NCBI GenBank assembly: GCA_036244995.1
Contig: BTTF01000001.1
Location: 1 to 53,862 of the forward strand
Origin: a bacterium
Lineage (GTDB): Bacteria; Nitrospirota; Thermodesulfovibrionia; Thermodesulfovibrionales; JdFR-85
Reading direction: 5' to 3'
Length of the DNA: 53,862 bases
Under the pieces are notes generated by a model. The model was not told the origin of the DNA. It was given only the letters and a program-made list of their open reading frames with translations, and did not search any database. Positions within the stretch are counted from its first letter, which is position 1, and each line of letters starts with the position of its first letter. This document shows, piece after piece, positions 35,229-45,518 of this stretch. A program made the translations under genes and the position numbers.

Positions 35229-36578
35229 GTGAAAAACGAATATACATCCAGAAAGCTGTCACCACACCAACTTCTTGTCTTCGGGTTTACAGGCATGATA
35301 CTGCTGGGAACCGCTCTCCTCATGCTTCCCTATTCGACAACACAGGGGATTACTGTAACCGATGCCCTTTTCACCTCCACATCTGCTGTCTGCGTCACAG
35401 GACTGATAGTAAAAAATACGCTGCTTGATTTCACGCCATTCGGCAAGGGGGTCATCCTCCTGCTTATTCAGATCGGGGGACTGGGCTACATGTCAATGGC
35501 AACATTTCTGGCCCTCCTGATCGGCAGGAAGATCGGTCTCTCCGAGCGAATTCTTATAAAGGAATCCCTGAATATAGGAACCCTTGAAGGTATTATCAGG
35601 TTTATGAAAGGGATGCTCCTCTTTGTGTTTTTGGCGGAAGGCACCGGGGCCATACTTTTAACCCTGAGGTTTCTGAAGGATTTCCCTTTAAAGGAGTCCG
35701 TCTTTCAAGGTATATTCCATTCCGTCTCTGCTTTTAATAATGCCGGATTCAGCCTTTTTCAGGACAGCCTGATACGCTTCAGAGGTGATATTGTTGTAAA
35801 TCTTATTATTATGAGCCTTATTGTTCTTGGAGGAATAGGTTTTCTGGTCGTTGATGATCTTTACGGATGGGTGAAAAAGAGGCAGAAAAAACTGATGCTT
35901 CACACACTCATCGTCCTCATGTCAACAGCCTTTTTGATTATTGTCGGCGCCTTTCTGTTCTATTTTAATGAGAGGAACTACTTCTTTGCACATTCAGGTC
36001 TGAGCAGTCTTGAAACCGTCACCACATCCATGTTTGCCTCGGTTACTGCAAGAACGGCGGGATTTAACACAATCGATTACTCCGTTCTTCAGCCTGCAAC
36101 CATTTTTCTCACCATCATCCTGATGCTCATAGGGGCTTCACCGGGAAGCACAGGCGGCGGCATAAAAACCACGACGGTTACTGTTGTGATTATGAATCTA
36201 TGGTGTACAATAAAGGGGAGAAAGGATACGGTTATGTTCAAGAGACGGGTGCCGGAGGCACTGATATCGAGATCTTTTGTTGTCCTTGCCCTTGCAGTGA
36301 TCTTTATAAATATCATAACCCTGGTAATCATCGATATAGAGCATACAGGGTTTCAGCAGACCATGTTTGAGGTGGTTTCGGCTTTTGGAACAGTGGGGCT
36401 GTCAACCGGTGACGGAGGGGCAAGGAGTTTTTGTGCAACATTTTCTGATCTCTCAAAGATTATAATAATATTCACAATGCTTGCCGGAAGGCTTGGGCCC
36501 TTAACACTCTTTATGGCCCTGCTCGGCCAGAGAGAAGAGCGAATCCGCTATCCGGAAGGGAGGATCATGATAGGATGA
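35229..36578 (+). CDS. trkH: TrkH/KtrB-family K+ transporter membrane subunit
   Basis: 449 aa with repeated M1-P-M2 units and selectivity-filter-like glycines (TSAVCVTGL, NNAGFS, RTAGFNT, FGTVGLSTG). GTG start. Confidence 0.85.
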   Translation: MKNEYTSRKLSPHQLLVFGFTGMILLGTALLMLPYSTTQGITVTDALFTSTSAVCVTGLIVKNTLLDFTPFGKGVILLLIQIGGLGYMSMATFLALLIGRKIGLSERILIKESLNIGTLEGIIRFMKGMLLFVFLAEGTGAILLTLRFLKDFPLKESVFQGIFHSVSAFNNAGFSLFQDSLIRFRGDIVVNLIIMSLIVLGGIGFLVVDDLYGWVKKRQKKLMLHTLIVLMSTAFLIIVGAFLFYFNERNYFFAHSGLSSLETVTTSMFASVTARTAGFNTIDYSVLQPATIFLTIILMLIGASPGSTGGGIKTTTVTVVIMNLWCTIKGRKDTVMFKRRVPEALISRSFVVLALAVIFINIITLVIIDIEHTGFQQTMFEVVSAFGTVGLSTGDGGARSFCATFSDLSKIIIIFTMLAGRLGPLTLFMALLGQREERIRYPEGRIMIG

Positions 36579-37243
36579 AAAAACAATTTGCAGTAATCGG
36601 GCTTGGGAGGTTTGGCTCGGCAGTGGCGCTGACCCTCTCTGAAAGCAACTGTGACGTAATAGTAATAGACAGAAACGAGAATAAGATAAAGGCAATCGCA
36701 GACCATGTAACCCTTGCAATACAGATGAATGCAATAGATGAGGCTGCATTGAAGGAGGCAGGCGTACAGGGTGTGGATGTGGCAGTGGTGAGTATAGGAG
36801 AAAATGTTGAGGCGAGTATCCTTGCGGTTATGATACTCAAGGAGATGGGCATCAAGGAGATTATAGCAAAGGCCGTAAATGACCTTCACGGAAGAGTTCT
36901 TGCCAACCTCGGTGTCGACAGGGTTGTACACCCTGAAAGGGATATGGCACAGAGGGTTGCCCGCAGTTTGATAAAACCCCAATTCCTTGAGCATATAGAG
37001 CTCTCTCCTGAATACAGCATTATTGAACTGCCGGCACCGAAGTCCCTGTGGGGCAAGAGTATAAAAAATACCAACCTCCGGGCGGAATACGGCATAAACA
37101 TAATTGCAATAAAAAAAAGATATACGATTAATGAGACGGAGAAAGAGACCTGGAACATCAACCCCTTGCCGACGGATGTGATTAAAAAAGATGATGTTCT
37201 GGTCGTCCTTGGTACAGACAGAGATATAGAAAGGCTGAGGTAA
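36575..37243 (+). CDS. trkA: TrkA/KtrA-family K+ uptake regulatory subunit (RCK domain)
   Basis: 222 aa. Rossmann motif VIGLGRFG, then TrkA-N and TrkA-C domains. It overlaps the trkH stop by 4 nt. Confidence 0.85.
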   Translation: MKKQFAVIGLGRFGSAVALTLSESNCDVIVIDRNENKIKAIADHVTLAIQMNAIDEAALKEAGVQGVDVAVVSIGENVEASILAVMILKEMGIKEIIAKAVNDLHGRVLANLGVDRVVHPERDMAQRVARSLIKPQFLEHIELSPEYSIIELPAPKSLWGKSIKNTNLRAEYGINIIAIKKRYTINETEKETWNINPLPTDVIKKDDVLVVLGTDRDIERLR

Positions 37244-37281
37244 AACAGCGTATGGCAGAGTAAAGAAGCGTTAATTTGACA

Positions 37282-38736
37282 ATGTTGAGTCTTTTAAATG
37301 AAATTTGGCCTCATATCGTCGGAGGGCTTACCTTGCTTGTGACGCTTGTGGCTTCAGGTCATGCCGTTCTGAACAAGCGGGATGCACGTTCGGCAGTAGC
37401 ATGGGTTGGAGTGATCTGGCTGGTCCCTGTCCTCGGAGCCCTGCTCTATCTCATCTTCGGGATTAACCGCATCAGGAGGCGTGCCAAGGCATTACGCAGT
37501 GATCATAACCATCTGCCGTGCCACCCTCAGTGCTTGAGTAAATATCAATGCAAGGTTGACGCCGATCAGGTACTCAATCAGCACAGACGGTTCATCTCCC
37601 TGTCGCGGTTGGTGGAAGGAATCGTACACAAACCCCTCTTGCAGGGTAACAGGATTACCCCTCTTGTCAATGGTGATACTGCCTATCCGGCAATGATCAG
37701 GGCCATCGACGGGGCAGAGCATTTCGTTACACTTTCTACATACATCTTCGACAACGACAAGGCAGGCAAGCTGTTTCTCGACGCCCTTGCCCGCGCTGTC
37801 GGTCGCGGGGTGGATGTGCGGGTGCTTGTCGATGACGTGGGGGCACGATATTCATGGCCTCCGATGACACGTATGTTGCAACGTGCAGGCATTACGGTTG
37901 CACGCTTTCTCCCAACCTCTCTCCCCTGGCGGATGCCCTATATCAATCTCAGGAACCACCGCAAGATACTGGTGGTAGATGGGAAAACAGGGTTTACAGG
38001 AGGCATGAATATACGGAAGGGGCATATGCTGATGGAGAACCCCAGGCATCCTGTGCAAGACCTGCACTTTCATGTGGAGGGCCCTGTTGTTGCACATTTA
38101 CAGGAGAATTTTGCAGAAGACTGGGCTTTTTGCACAGGTGAGTCCATGCAGGGAGAACAATGGTTTCCATGTATTGAACCAAAGGGCACTGTAGTGGCAC
38201 GCGGCATTCCTGATGGACCTGATGAAGATTTCGAGAAGTTGCTCTGGACCGTCCATGGTGCGCTTGCATGTGCAAGAAGGTCCGTGCGGATCGTGACCCC
38301 ATACTTTATTCCTGATTCCACCCTGACTACATCGCTGAACCTTGCTGCAATGCGCGGGGTAGATGTGGAAATTATTCTCCCGCAGGAAAATAACCTGAGA
38401 ATAGTCAAGTGGGCATCCACCAGCCTGCTCCTGGAGTGCCTGGAACATGGATGCCGTGTCTGGCTGACCGCACCTCCCTTTGATCACACGAAGCTGATGC
38501 TCGTGGATGATGTTTGGGTCTTGTTCGGCTCTGCAAACATGGACACCAGGAGTTTTTTGTTAAACTTTGAGTTCAATGTGGAGTGTTATGATCACGGGTT
38601 GGCTGCGGAGATGAATTCACTCATAGATACAAAGCTGAAGGATGCTCACCAGGTGACACTACAAGAGATAAGGAACCGGAGGCTTCCGGTTAGATTGCGC
38701 GACGGGATTGCCCGGCTCTTTTCACCGTATCTGTGA
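37282..38736 (+). CDS. cls: Cardiolipin synthase (PLD superfamily)
   Basis: Two N-terminal TM helices and two HKD motifs (NHRKILVVDG and DHTKLMLVDD...GSANMD). The ATG at 37282 is preferred over the TTG at 37276. Confidence 0.9.
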   Translation: MLSLLNEIWPHIVGGLTLLVTLVASGHAVLNKRDARSAVAWVGVIWLVPVLGALLYLIFGINRIRRRAKALRSDHNHLPCHPQCLSKYQCKVDADQVLNQHRRFISLSRLVEGIVHKPLLQGNRITPLVNGDTAYPAMIRAIDGAEHFVTLSTYIFDNDKAGKLFLDALARAVGRGVDVRVLVDDVGARYSWPPMTRMLQRAGITVARFLPTSLPWRMPYINLRNHRKILVVDGKTGFTGGMNIRKGHMLMENPRHPVQDLHFHVEGPVVAHLQENFAEDWAFCTGESMQGEQWFPCIEPKGTVVARGIPDGPDEDFEKLLWTVHGALACARRSVRIVTPYFIPDSTLTTSLNLAAMRGVDVEIILPQENNLRIVKWASTSLLLECLEHGCRVWLTAPPFDHTKLMLVDDVWVLFGSANMDTRSFLLNFEFNVECYDHGLAAEMNSLIDTKLKDAHQVTLQEIRNRRLPVRLRDGIARLFSPYL

Positions 38737-39020
38737 AATGTAATGCTATGGTCCATTATGGTAATAACTCCTTCTGTTTAAGATTTTTTTTGGCTTGTAC
38801 CTATCTCTAAACAAGAGGTTTCTTTTTCTTGATAGCTATTAAAAAAGATTCAGCTATATTAAAACGGGGAATATAACCTCTTCCCTTTTTAATATATAAC
38901 CTCACCGAAGTGCGTTCCTGTCCGGAATAATAACAAGGATAAAGAACAAGTCAGCGTAGTCAATAAGGATGTCCCGTAAGTTGTTTGTGCCGGTAATCGC
39001 TGACCAGGTATATCAGCATT

Positions 39021-40094
39021 CTATGCAGCGCATATCCCGTATTTCGGAAGCACATCATGCAAGATGTCAAAACGGTGCGCTTGCAGAGCATCATGGAAAT
39101 ATTTCCAGTTAGACGACATGAAGGCCTTCCTGAATCTGAATACTTCCCGACCTGTATCTGATGCCGCCAGTTGACTGATGGACTTATACTTCCAGGAGCC
39201 TCTCCCTTTCGCTATGTACTCTATATCCGCCTGACCAAAGGAGAAGCTGCCTTTTTTGATCTCATCGATCCATTTTTCATGCCGTTTCTCCCCGCGTTTG
39301 TCACGATCGGATTTGATCAGAGAGTATATCTTCCTTGCATCCTTTTCGGGCAGCCCGGGCATTGATTCGATATCCATGGCCAGGTCTTTTCCTCGGAAAC
39401 ATTGCATCGCACGGCACATCTTGTCCACTGCATCCATGAAGATTGCCGGGTTGTTTCTTCTTATCTTTTCGTTCAGGCCGTTGCGATACTCCCAAACGAG
39501 TGAAGGCTGGTCAGGATAGCTGAGAGCCGCACCATGCCCCAGCGGGAACGACTCGCTCAGGAAAAAACTGGCAATCTTGTTCAGAAAGTTCCTGTCCTCC
39601 GACTTGTTGTTGCTCTTGATATCGTCAACCTCGTTGATCTCGTGGTTTACTCCGGCAAAGCCCTGATGTGACCATGTATCAGCGTAGACATGCATTGTTA
39701 TTCCGAGCCTGTGCAACGCGTATGGTTTCTCATGATCATTTACACATGCCAGGAGCATGTCCATGGCTACATGGCTGTCAGGATGACACACTAATTTCCT
39801 TATGAAGGTGCCTTCGGGGTTTTCTCCGGCAGGTTTCCCGCCGTTGCCAGGCAGAAAATGAAAAGGAACCCATACCCTATGGTTTGCAAGTTCATCTGTA
39901 TTGCGATAATCCAGCATTTTATGTGCAGATGAGACCCTGCTGTACATTGCGCCGTTTTGAAAATGGATTACACCTGAATTGGTTGCATCATCGACATATT
40001 GAGCACTGTAGGCGATTATTGATGCTTGCCGGTGTCCATATCCTGCCAGGCGTGCGGCAACATAAGTCATTGTGTGGTGACCATCGATCTGCAT
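39021..40094 (-). CDS. Hypothetical protein (possibly DUF6765; His-rich, zinc phospholipase C / P1-nuclease-like N-terminus)
   Basis: 357 aa. MQIDGHHTMTYVAARLAGY..., HVYADTWSHQGF and PLGHG suggest a metal-binding all-helical fold. The family name is from memory only. Confidence 0.45.
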   Translation of the reverse strand: MQIDGHHTMTYVAARLAGYGHRQASIIAYSAQYVDDATNSGVIHFQNGAMYSRVSSAHKMLDYRNTDELANHRVWVPFHFLPGNGGKPAGENPEGTFIRKLVCHPDSHVAMDMLLACVNDHEKPYALHRLGITMHVYADTWSHQGFAGVNHEINEVDDIKSNNKSEDRNFLNKIASFFLSESFPLGHGAALSYPDQPSLVWEYRNGLNEKIRRNNPAIFMDAVDKMCRAMQCFRGKDLAMDIESMPGLPEKDARKIYSLIKSDRDKRGEKRHEKWIDEIKKGSFSFGQADIEYIAKGRGSWKYKSISQLAASDTGREVFRFRKAFMSSNWKYFHDALQAHRFDILHDVLPKYGICAA

Positions 40095-40321
40095 TCTCTC
40101 CTCCCATGCTCAGTCATGATAAACTGTAAGGCCGGGCTTCACTCCGGTCTCATTATTGCGCCGGACTAATGTTTGAGCTAATAAAACGGTATCATAATTC
40201 AAGGAAAAAATCAAGGGGAATATCTATCGCTTAAAAGGGGGAATTAACGTGAAAAATGTTGACTTGATTGTGTTTAAACCCATCTCCTTTCTGTGAAAAT
40301 AATTCTCGGACAGCCTGTTGA

Positions 40322-40513
40322 GTGTCACCGGAAGGATTCCACAAGGTCTCGCAGGGGGATATTATCTTCTTTGAAGAAGGGGCGATGGGAGCCCATCAAC
40401 TTTACAATCATGGCGAATCGCCCTGTGTTTATTTGGATCTAAGGACAACCTTCGGCATAGACGTTTGCGAATATCCCGACTCATCGGGATTTCCAGAGCA
40501 TGTCGGCCCATAG
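40322..40513 (+). pseudogene. C-terminal remnant of a cupin-domain protein
   Basis: GDIIFFEEGAMGAHQLYNHGESPCVYLDL...CEYPDS matches the C-terminal half of small cupins. The N-terminal half with the metal-binding His motif is missing. Upstream in frame there are a TGA and only 17 sense codons. Confidence 0.45.
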
Positions 40514-40701
40514 GGAACATTCGGGAAGTTCACATCTTAACTATTAAGTTTAGATATTGCCCTGGACTTCATTACACACATACTTAATAGTTATTATAGC
40601 CCCTTGTTCTTCTTATCGCGGCCCCTAAGTTTTTTCGTCAAGATTTCTTTTTTGAGGCAACGATATTGTTTTTTTATGAGACAAACTGCAAACCGTGCGT
40701 G

Positions 40702-40730
40702 TTGACATATTAACGTTGTGATGCTATAAT
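40702..40730 (+). promoter_or_regulatory. Perfect-consensus sigma-70 promoter of the toxin-antitoxin operon
   Basis: TTGACA 40702-40707, 17-nt spacer, TATAAT 40725-40730. AGGAGG and the ATG at 40760 follow. Confidence 0.65.
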
Positions 40731-40759
40731 GTTTTATAAATACACTGTTAGGAGGTATA

Positions 40760-40993
40760 ATGTCAACATTATCTAAGCGTTCCACTATCTATTTAGATCC
40801 TGTACTTCATAAAGCATTACGGATCAAGGCATTGGAGACGTCCCGTTCCATGTCTGAACTTATTAATGATGCTGTCAGAGAAGCACTGGCTGAGGACGCC
40901 GAGGACCTATCGGCTTTTGAAGAGAGGGCAAATGAACCTTTGATCAGTTACGATGCAATGCTCAAAAGGCTCAAAAAAGATGGCCGAATATAA
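40760..40993 (+). CDS. Ribbon-helix-helix (CopG-like) antitoxin
   Basis: 77 aa. STIYLDPVLHKALRIKALETSRSMSELINDAV has the RHH pattern. It overlaps the toxin gene. Confidence 0.7.
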   Translation: MSTLSKRSTIYLDPVLHKALRIKALETSRSMSELINDAVREALAEDAEDLSAFEERANEPLISYDAMLKRLKKDGRI

Positions 40994-41243
40994 AATCTTT
41001 TTCAAGAAAGCTGTGTGGAAGGATTTTGAATCAATCCCAAAAAAGGATTTAAGGAAAATCCTCCAACGCGTAGATTTGCTCGCAGAGAATCCTCGTCTTC
41101 AGGGAAGCCAAAAATTGTCCGGTCAAGAAAGATATCGAATACGTCAAGGGCACTATCGTATTGTATACTCAATCCAGGATAACGAACTTACAGTTTGGAT
41201 AGTAAAAGTAGGCCATCGAAAAGATATTTATAAGGAAAAATAG
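40980..41243 (+). CDS. RelE/ParE-family type II toxin
   Basis: 87 aa from the ATG at 40980. YRIRQGHYRIVYSIQDNELTVWIVKVGHRKDIY is the typical RelE/ParE C-terminal signature. Confidence 0.8.
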   Translation: MAEYKIFFKKAVWKDFESIPKKDLRKILQRVDLLAENPRLQGSQKLSGQERYRIRQGHYRIVYSIQDNELTVWIVKVGHRKDIYKEK

Positions 41244-41507
41244 TGAGGGGGAGGTCCGTAACAGTTTAGTTCCTTCTTTAAACGGACAGGTTCGATCAAT
41301 CAAGAAGAATTATTAAAGAGAGCCGCCTGAGCGGTAGGGGAATCAGAAATGAGAATAATCTGAAGGAAATCTCTGTGTAGAAAACTTGGGGGACTGCGTT
41401 GACTTATTGTTTATCCTTGTTAATATTCCGTCCAACAATGGACTTCGGTTGGCTTAACAAGCTTTGAGTAAATTCGTATTCATACACGGCTGAACAGGTA
41501 CATTAAA

Positions 41508-42455
41508 ATGGAAAAGAAAAAGATTGCCATAACTATGGGTGATGCCGGCGGCATCGGGCCTGAGGTAGCAGTCAGGGCCGCCCTGTCGGAAGACATACAA
41601 AAGATATGTTATCCCTGCCTGATTGGCGACAGGGAGGTGCTGGAAGAGGCCGCCCGGATATCAGGCGTATGTCTCAACCCTGAAAAAACAGAGGTCATAC
41701 AACCCCGGCCAATTGAAAGTTTTTTGAGGGGCAGCCCCTCTCCGGAGAGCGGCAAGGCGTCATATATATACATAAAACATGCTGCTGAGGGATGCCTCAG
41801 GGGGGATTTTCATGCAATGGTGACTGCGCCTGTCTCCAAGGAGGCCCTGAGAATGGCCGGACTTCCATGGCCGGGACATACTGAAATGCTTGCGGAGATT
41901 ACCTCAACAGAAAAATATGCAATGATGCTCATTGGCGGCCCCCTCAGGGTATTGCTTGTTACAACCCATATTCCCCTCAAGGAGGTCCCGGGAAAACTCA
42001 CGGAAGAGATAATTCTCCGCAAGATAGAGCTTGCCTGTGAGGCCTGCAGGATGTTAGGGATAAAATCTCCTGCCGTGGCCGTGTCAGGCCTTAATCCCCA
42101 TGGTGGAGAGGGAGGACTCTTTGGCAGGGAAGAGATTGAGGTGATAGGGCCTGCAATTAAAGAGGCACAGGGCAGGGGGCTGAACGTGAAAGGCCCTTTT
42201 CCGCCGGATGTCGTCTTCAGGCTCGCCTATACAGGCAAGGTGGATATAGTGGTTGCAATGTACCACGATCAGGGGCTGATCCCCCTGAAGATGATAGCCT
42301 TTGACCAGGGGGTTAATATAACCATAGGACTCCCGATAATAAGGACCTCCCCGGACCATGGCACAGCATATGATATCGCGTGGGGTGGCACAGCACGGCC
42401 GGACAGCATGATAGAAGCCGTTAAACTTGCCGTTAAACTCTCCCCTCCGGGATAA
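41508..42455 (+). CDS. pdxA: 4-hydroxythreonine-4-phosphate dehydrogenase
   Basis: 315 aa. IAITMGDAGGIGPE, GHTE, LNPHGGE and SPDHGTAYDIA are canonical PdxA motifs. Confidence 0.9.
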   Translation: MEKKKIAITMGDAGGIGPEVAVRAALSEDIQKICYPCLIGDREVLEEAARISGVCLNPEKTEVIQPRPIESFLRGSPSPESGKASYIYIKHAAEGCLRGDFHAMVTAPVSKEALRMAGLPWPGHTEMLAEITSTEKYAMMLIGGPLRVLLVTTHIPLKEVPGKLTEEIILRKIELACEACRMLGIKSPAVAVSGLNPHGGEGGLFGREEIEVIGPAIKEAQGRGLNVKGPFPPDVVFRLAYTGKVDIVVAMYHDQGLIPLKMIAFDQGVNITIGLPIIRTSPDHGTAYDIAWGGTARPDSMIEAVKLAVKLSPPG

Positions 42456-42476
42456 GAGCCGTTTTACAAGCTATCC

Positions 42477-42884
42477 TCAGTGCTCCTTAGAACCCATAAT
42501 CCTTACTGCAACCCTTCTGTGCCTTGGGCCGTCAAATTCACAAAAGAAGATTGACTGCCAGGTGCCGAGCTGCAACCGGCCCTGCTCAATCAATATAAAG
42601 GTGGATGTACCGACAAGGCTCGATTTGATATGGGCATCAGAATTCCCTTCCAGGTGGGCATATCCTGCGTCACGGGGAACAATCTTCTGAAGAGTATGGA
42701 TTATGTCCCTCCTGACAGACGGGTCAGCACCCTCATTTACTGTAATACCGGCCGTGGTGTGGGGGACATGCAGATAACAGACACCCTCCTGAACCCCTGC
42801 TTCCTCAACGAGTCTCTCTATCTCCGAGGTAATATCAATGAGCTCAACCCTTGCCCCTGTCTTTACATTTACATGTTTTATCAT
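42477..42884 (-). CDS. YjbQ/UPF0047-family protein (secondary thiamine-phosphate synthase-like)
   Basis: 135 aa. [18 protein letters not shown]..., [11 protein letters not shown] and the [16 protein letters not shown] motifs. Confidence 0.85.
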   Translation of the reverse strand: MIKHVNVKTGARVELIDITSEIERLVEEAGVQEGVCYLHVPHTTAGITVNEGADPSVRRDIIHTLQKIVPRDAGYAHLEGNSDAHIKSSLVGTSTFILIEQGRLQLGTWQSIFFCEFDGPRHRRVAVRIMGSKEH

Positions 42885-43885
42885 TACCGGATATCCGGGC
42901 CAAGCCCTTTGAATATGATATCATAAAACTCGCTGCTATTTACCTCAAGAGATATTTTCACGGCAAAGAAATCCCTCAACTCTGTGTCTGACAGCAATCC
43001 CCTGAGTTTTACCATATCCTTTTCAGTTGTGACAATAATCTCAGCCCGCGCCTCCCGAACCCTTTTTATTATCTTTCTAATATCCCTGCCACTGTAGCAG
43101 TGGTGGTCTTTAAAGGCCTTATGCCCAACAACAGATGCGCCAAGTTCGCTGAGCAGATTCAGAAACTGTCCCGGATTGCCGATGCCCGAGAAGGCAAAGA
43201 CCTTCTTGTCTTTCAGTATATCAGTCGAAAGGGCCCTGCCATCCAGGGCAACAAGCCCCTCAACCCGATAATCAGCATAAAAAACAGGGGCTTTTTCATT
43301 ATACCTCCTGATGGTCTTCTCCAGCTCATCTTCTTTCTTCCTTGTCTTGTTGATTATAATGATGTCCGCCCTCTTCATCTCGGCAATCGGTTCTCTCAAT
43401 ATCCCCAGCGGGATCATTCTTCCGTTTCCAAAGGGATTGGTTGCATCAACAATGAGTATGTCTATATCCCTGTGCAGCCTCCAGTGCTGAAACCCGTCAT
43501 CCAGGATGAATACATCCCTGTTGTTGGCTATAAGCCCTGCCCTGTACCGGTTTGAGTCCTTTATCACCCAGGCTCCCTTAAGCCGCTCAGCCATCAGGAT
43601 TGCCTCATCCCCTGCCTCAGACCATGAGGCAAGCGGGCTGTCACCCTTACTGACTATTACAGAGTCTCTTCCTTTACCCTTATAACCCCTTGTGAGGATA
43701 CAGGGCCTGAGATTTCTGTTGATTGCCTCCCTGGCAACGGCTATTGCCGCCGGGGTCTTGCCCGTACCTCCAACTGTGAGGTTACCAATGCTCACGACCC
43801 TCCCGTCAAGCCTCTTCCGTGCTGAAAGCCTGTAGTTCCTGTGCAGGGAGTACCCCAGATAATAGAGGTATTCAAGGGGTGTCAT
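42884..43885 (-). CDS. lpxK: Tetraacyldisaccharide 4'-kinase
   Basis: 333 aa. [17 protein letters not shown]-loop, ILTRGYKG and DDGFQH motifs. Confidence 0.9.
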   Translation of the reverse strand: MTPLEYLYYLGYSLHRNYRLSARKRLDGRVVSIGNLTVGGTGKTPAAIAVAREAINRNLRPCILTRGYKGKGRDSVIVSKGDSPLASWSEAGDEAILMAERLKGAWVIKDSNRYRAGLIANNRDVFILDDGFQHWRLHRDIDILIVDATNPFGNGRMIPLGILREPIAEMKRADIIIINKTRKKEDELEKTIRRYNEKAPVFYADYRVEGLVALDGRALSTDILKDKKVFAFSGIGNPGQFLNLLSELGASVVGHKAFKDHHCYSGRDIRKIIKRVREARAEIIVTTEKDMVKLRGLLSDTELRDFFAVKISLEVNSSEFYDIIFKGLGPDIR

Positions 43886-44090
43886 CTAACTATAATACAC
43901 TATTCAGCAGCATGCCGGCCCCATTGGAAACAGGGGCAATCAACGGCATATGCAGGGGGTTGACTCTTAAATTCCAGGATGGCCAAAACACTCACTAAAA
44001 GATTATCTGATAATTATATCTTGACATATCCAGTCATTAAATGTTATTAAATATACGTTTTTTAACCTCAACGGTTAAACAGGAGGATCA

Positions 44091-45398
44091 ATGGCACTTC
44101 TAACTTTCAAGGGCGGAGTTCATCCCCCGGACCATAAGGAATTATCCTCGGGAGTTCCCGTAAAAGAGGCCTCTTCACCTTCACAGGTTCTTATTCAACT
44201 GAGTCAGCATATAGGTGCACCCTGCAAATGTACTGTGCAGATAGGGCAGGAGGTCAAGAAGGGAGATTTGATCGGAGAACCCACAGGTTTTGTCTCGGCT
44301 CCTGTTCATTCTTCGGTCTCGGGCAAGGTGGTTGCCCTGATGGATATACCAAATGCAATGGGAAGAATGGTGCCCGCAGTCGTAATAGACAATAACGGCA
44401 AGGATGAGTGGACCCAGCTCAGGGACAACCCTGACTACATGAAACTAACCCCGGAAGAATTAAAAGGAAAGATAAAGGATGCGGGGATTGTGGGTATGGG
44501 TGGCGCCACGTTCCCCACCCATGTGAAACTCTCGCCCCCCAAGGAAAAACCCATTGATGTGGTCATAATAAACGGGGCGGAATGTGAACCCTACCTGACG
44601 GCGGACCACAGGTTGATGGTGGAAACACCTTCAGACGTAATAGAGGGCCTGAAGGTTTTAATGAGGGTTCTGGGGGTAAGCAAGGGTTATGTGGGGATCG
44701 AAAACAACAAACCGGATGCCATAGCAAAGATGAAAGAGGCATCTTCAGGTGAAACAAACATAGAGGTAACGGCCCTTGAGGTTAAATACCCTCAGGGCGC
44801 TGAGAAGATGCTGATAAAGGCCATTACAGACAGGGACGTACCGGCCGGTGGCCTGCCGATGGATGTTGGCGTGGTTGTCCAGAATGTCGGCACTGCCCTT
44901 GCCGTATTTGAGGCATGCCGTTACGGCAAACCCCTTATTGAGCGGGTGGTAACCGTCACAGGGCTTGGGGTGAAGAGCCCCGGCAACCTCAGGGCAAGAG
45001 TCGGCACACCCGTAAGGGAATTGATTGAAACATGCGGTGGTTTCAATAACAGTCCTGCAAAGGTTATACTTGGAGGCCCCATGATGGGATTTGCCCAGTA
45101 TACAATTGATGTGCCTGTTGCAAAGGGGACATCAGGTGTTCTGGTCATGTCTGAAGAGGAACATAGCGTTTCAGGCAGGTTCGGTCCCTGTATAAGGTGC
45201 GGCAGTTGCATTGACGTCTGTCCTATGGGCCTTATGCCGTCCATGCTCAGCATTTTGTCTGAAAAAGGCTTTTACGAGGAGACAAAGGAGTACAACCTCC
45301 TTGACTGTTTTGAGTGCGGAACCTGCACCTATGTCTGTCCGGCAAAAAGGCCTATTGTACAGTTTATAAGACTTGCAAAATCATTAGTGAAAAGATAG
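44091..45398 (+). CDS. rnfC: Rnf complex subunit C
   Basis: 435 aa. GMGGATFPTHVK, ECEPYLTADHR and two 4Fe-4S motifs (CIRCGSCIDVCP, CFECGTCTYVCP). Confidence 0.9.
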   Translation: MALLTFKGGVHPPDHKELSSGVPVKEASSPSQVLIQLSQHIGAPCKCTVQIGQEVKKGDLIGEPTGFVSAPVHSSVSGKVVALMDIPNAMGRMVPAVVIDNNGKDEWTQLRDNPDYMKLTPEELKGKIKDAGIVGMGGATFPTHVKLSPPKEKPIDVVIINGAECEPYLTADHRLMVETPSDVIEGLKVLMRVLGVSKGYVGIENNKPDAIAKMKEASSGETNIEVTALEVKYPQGAEKMLIKAITDRDVPAGGLPMDVGVVVQNVGTALAVFEACRYGKPLIERVVTVTGLGVKSPGNLRARVGTPVRELIETCGGFNNSPAKVILGGPMMGFAQYTIDVPVAKGTSGVLVMSEEEHSVSGRFGPCIRCGSCIDVCPMGLMPSMLSILSEKGFYEETKEYNLLDCFECGTCTYVCPAKRPIVQFIRLAKSLVKR

Positions 45399-45518
45399 AA
45401 AGTCATTGGTCACTGTGCCTGTGGCGTTATCGGTCGTTATTTACGACTCAATGCTTCAAATGACAGAGCAATGACCAAGGACAAATGAGTAATGACTAAA
45501 CGGGAAGGAGCGAATAAA

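Noticed and set aside
40268-40513. In-frame TGA directly before the cupin fragment as a possible second selenocysteine codon
   Set aside because: Only 17 sense codons lie upstream before another stop. There is no ATG, and the cupin metal-binding His motif is absent from that stretch. The TGA is the codon immediately preceding the putative GTG start. A truncated remnant is the simpler explanation.
41283-41310. GGTTCGATC-like sequence that could be a tRNA T-arm
   Set aside because: The flanking bases do not form a T-stem, an acceptor stem or an anticodon arm. No cloverleaf can be drawn.
44021-44049. TTGACA upstream of rnfC as the rnf promoter
   Set aside because: At 17-nt spacing the -10 candidate is TTATTA, a poor match, so the promoter cannot be placed confidently from sequence alone.
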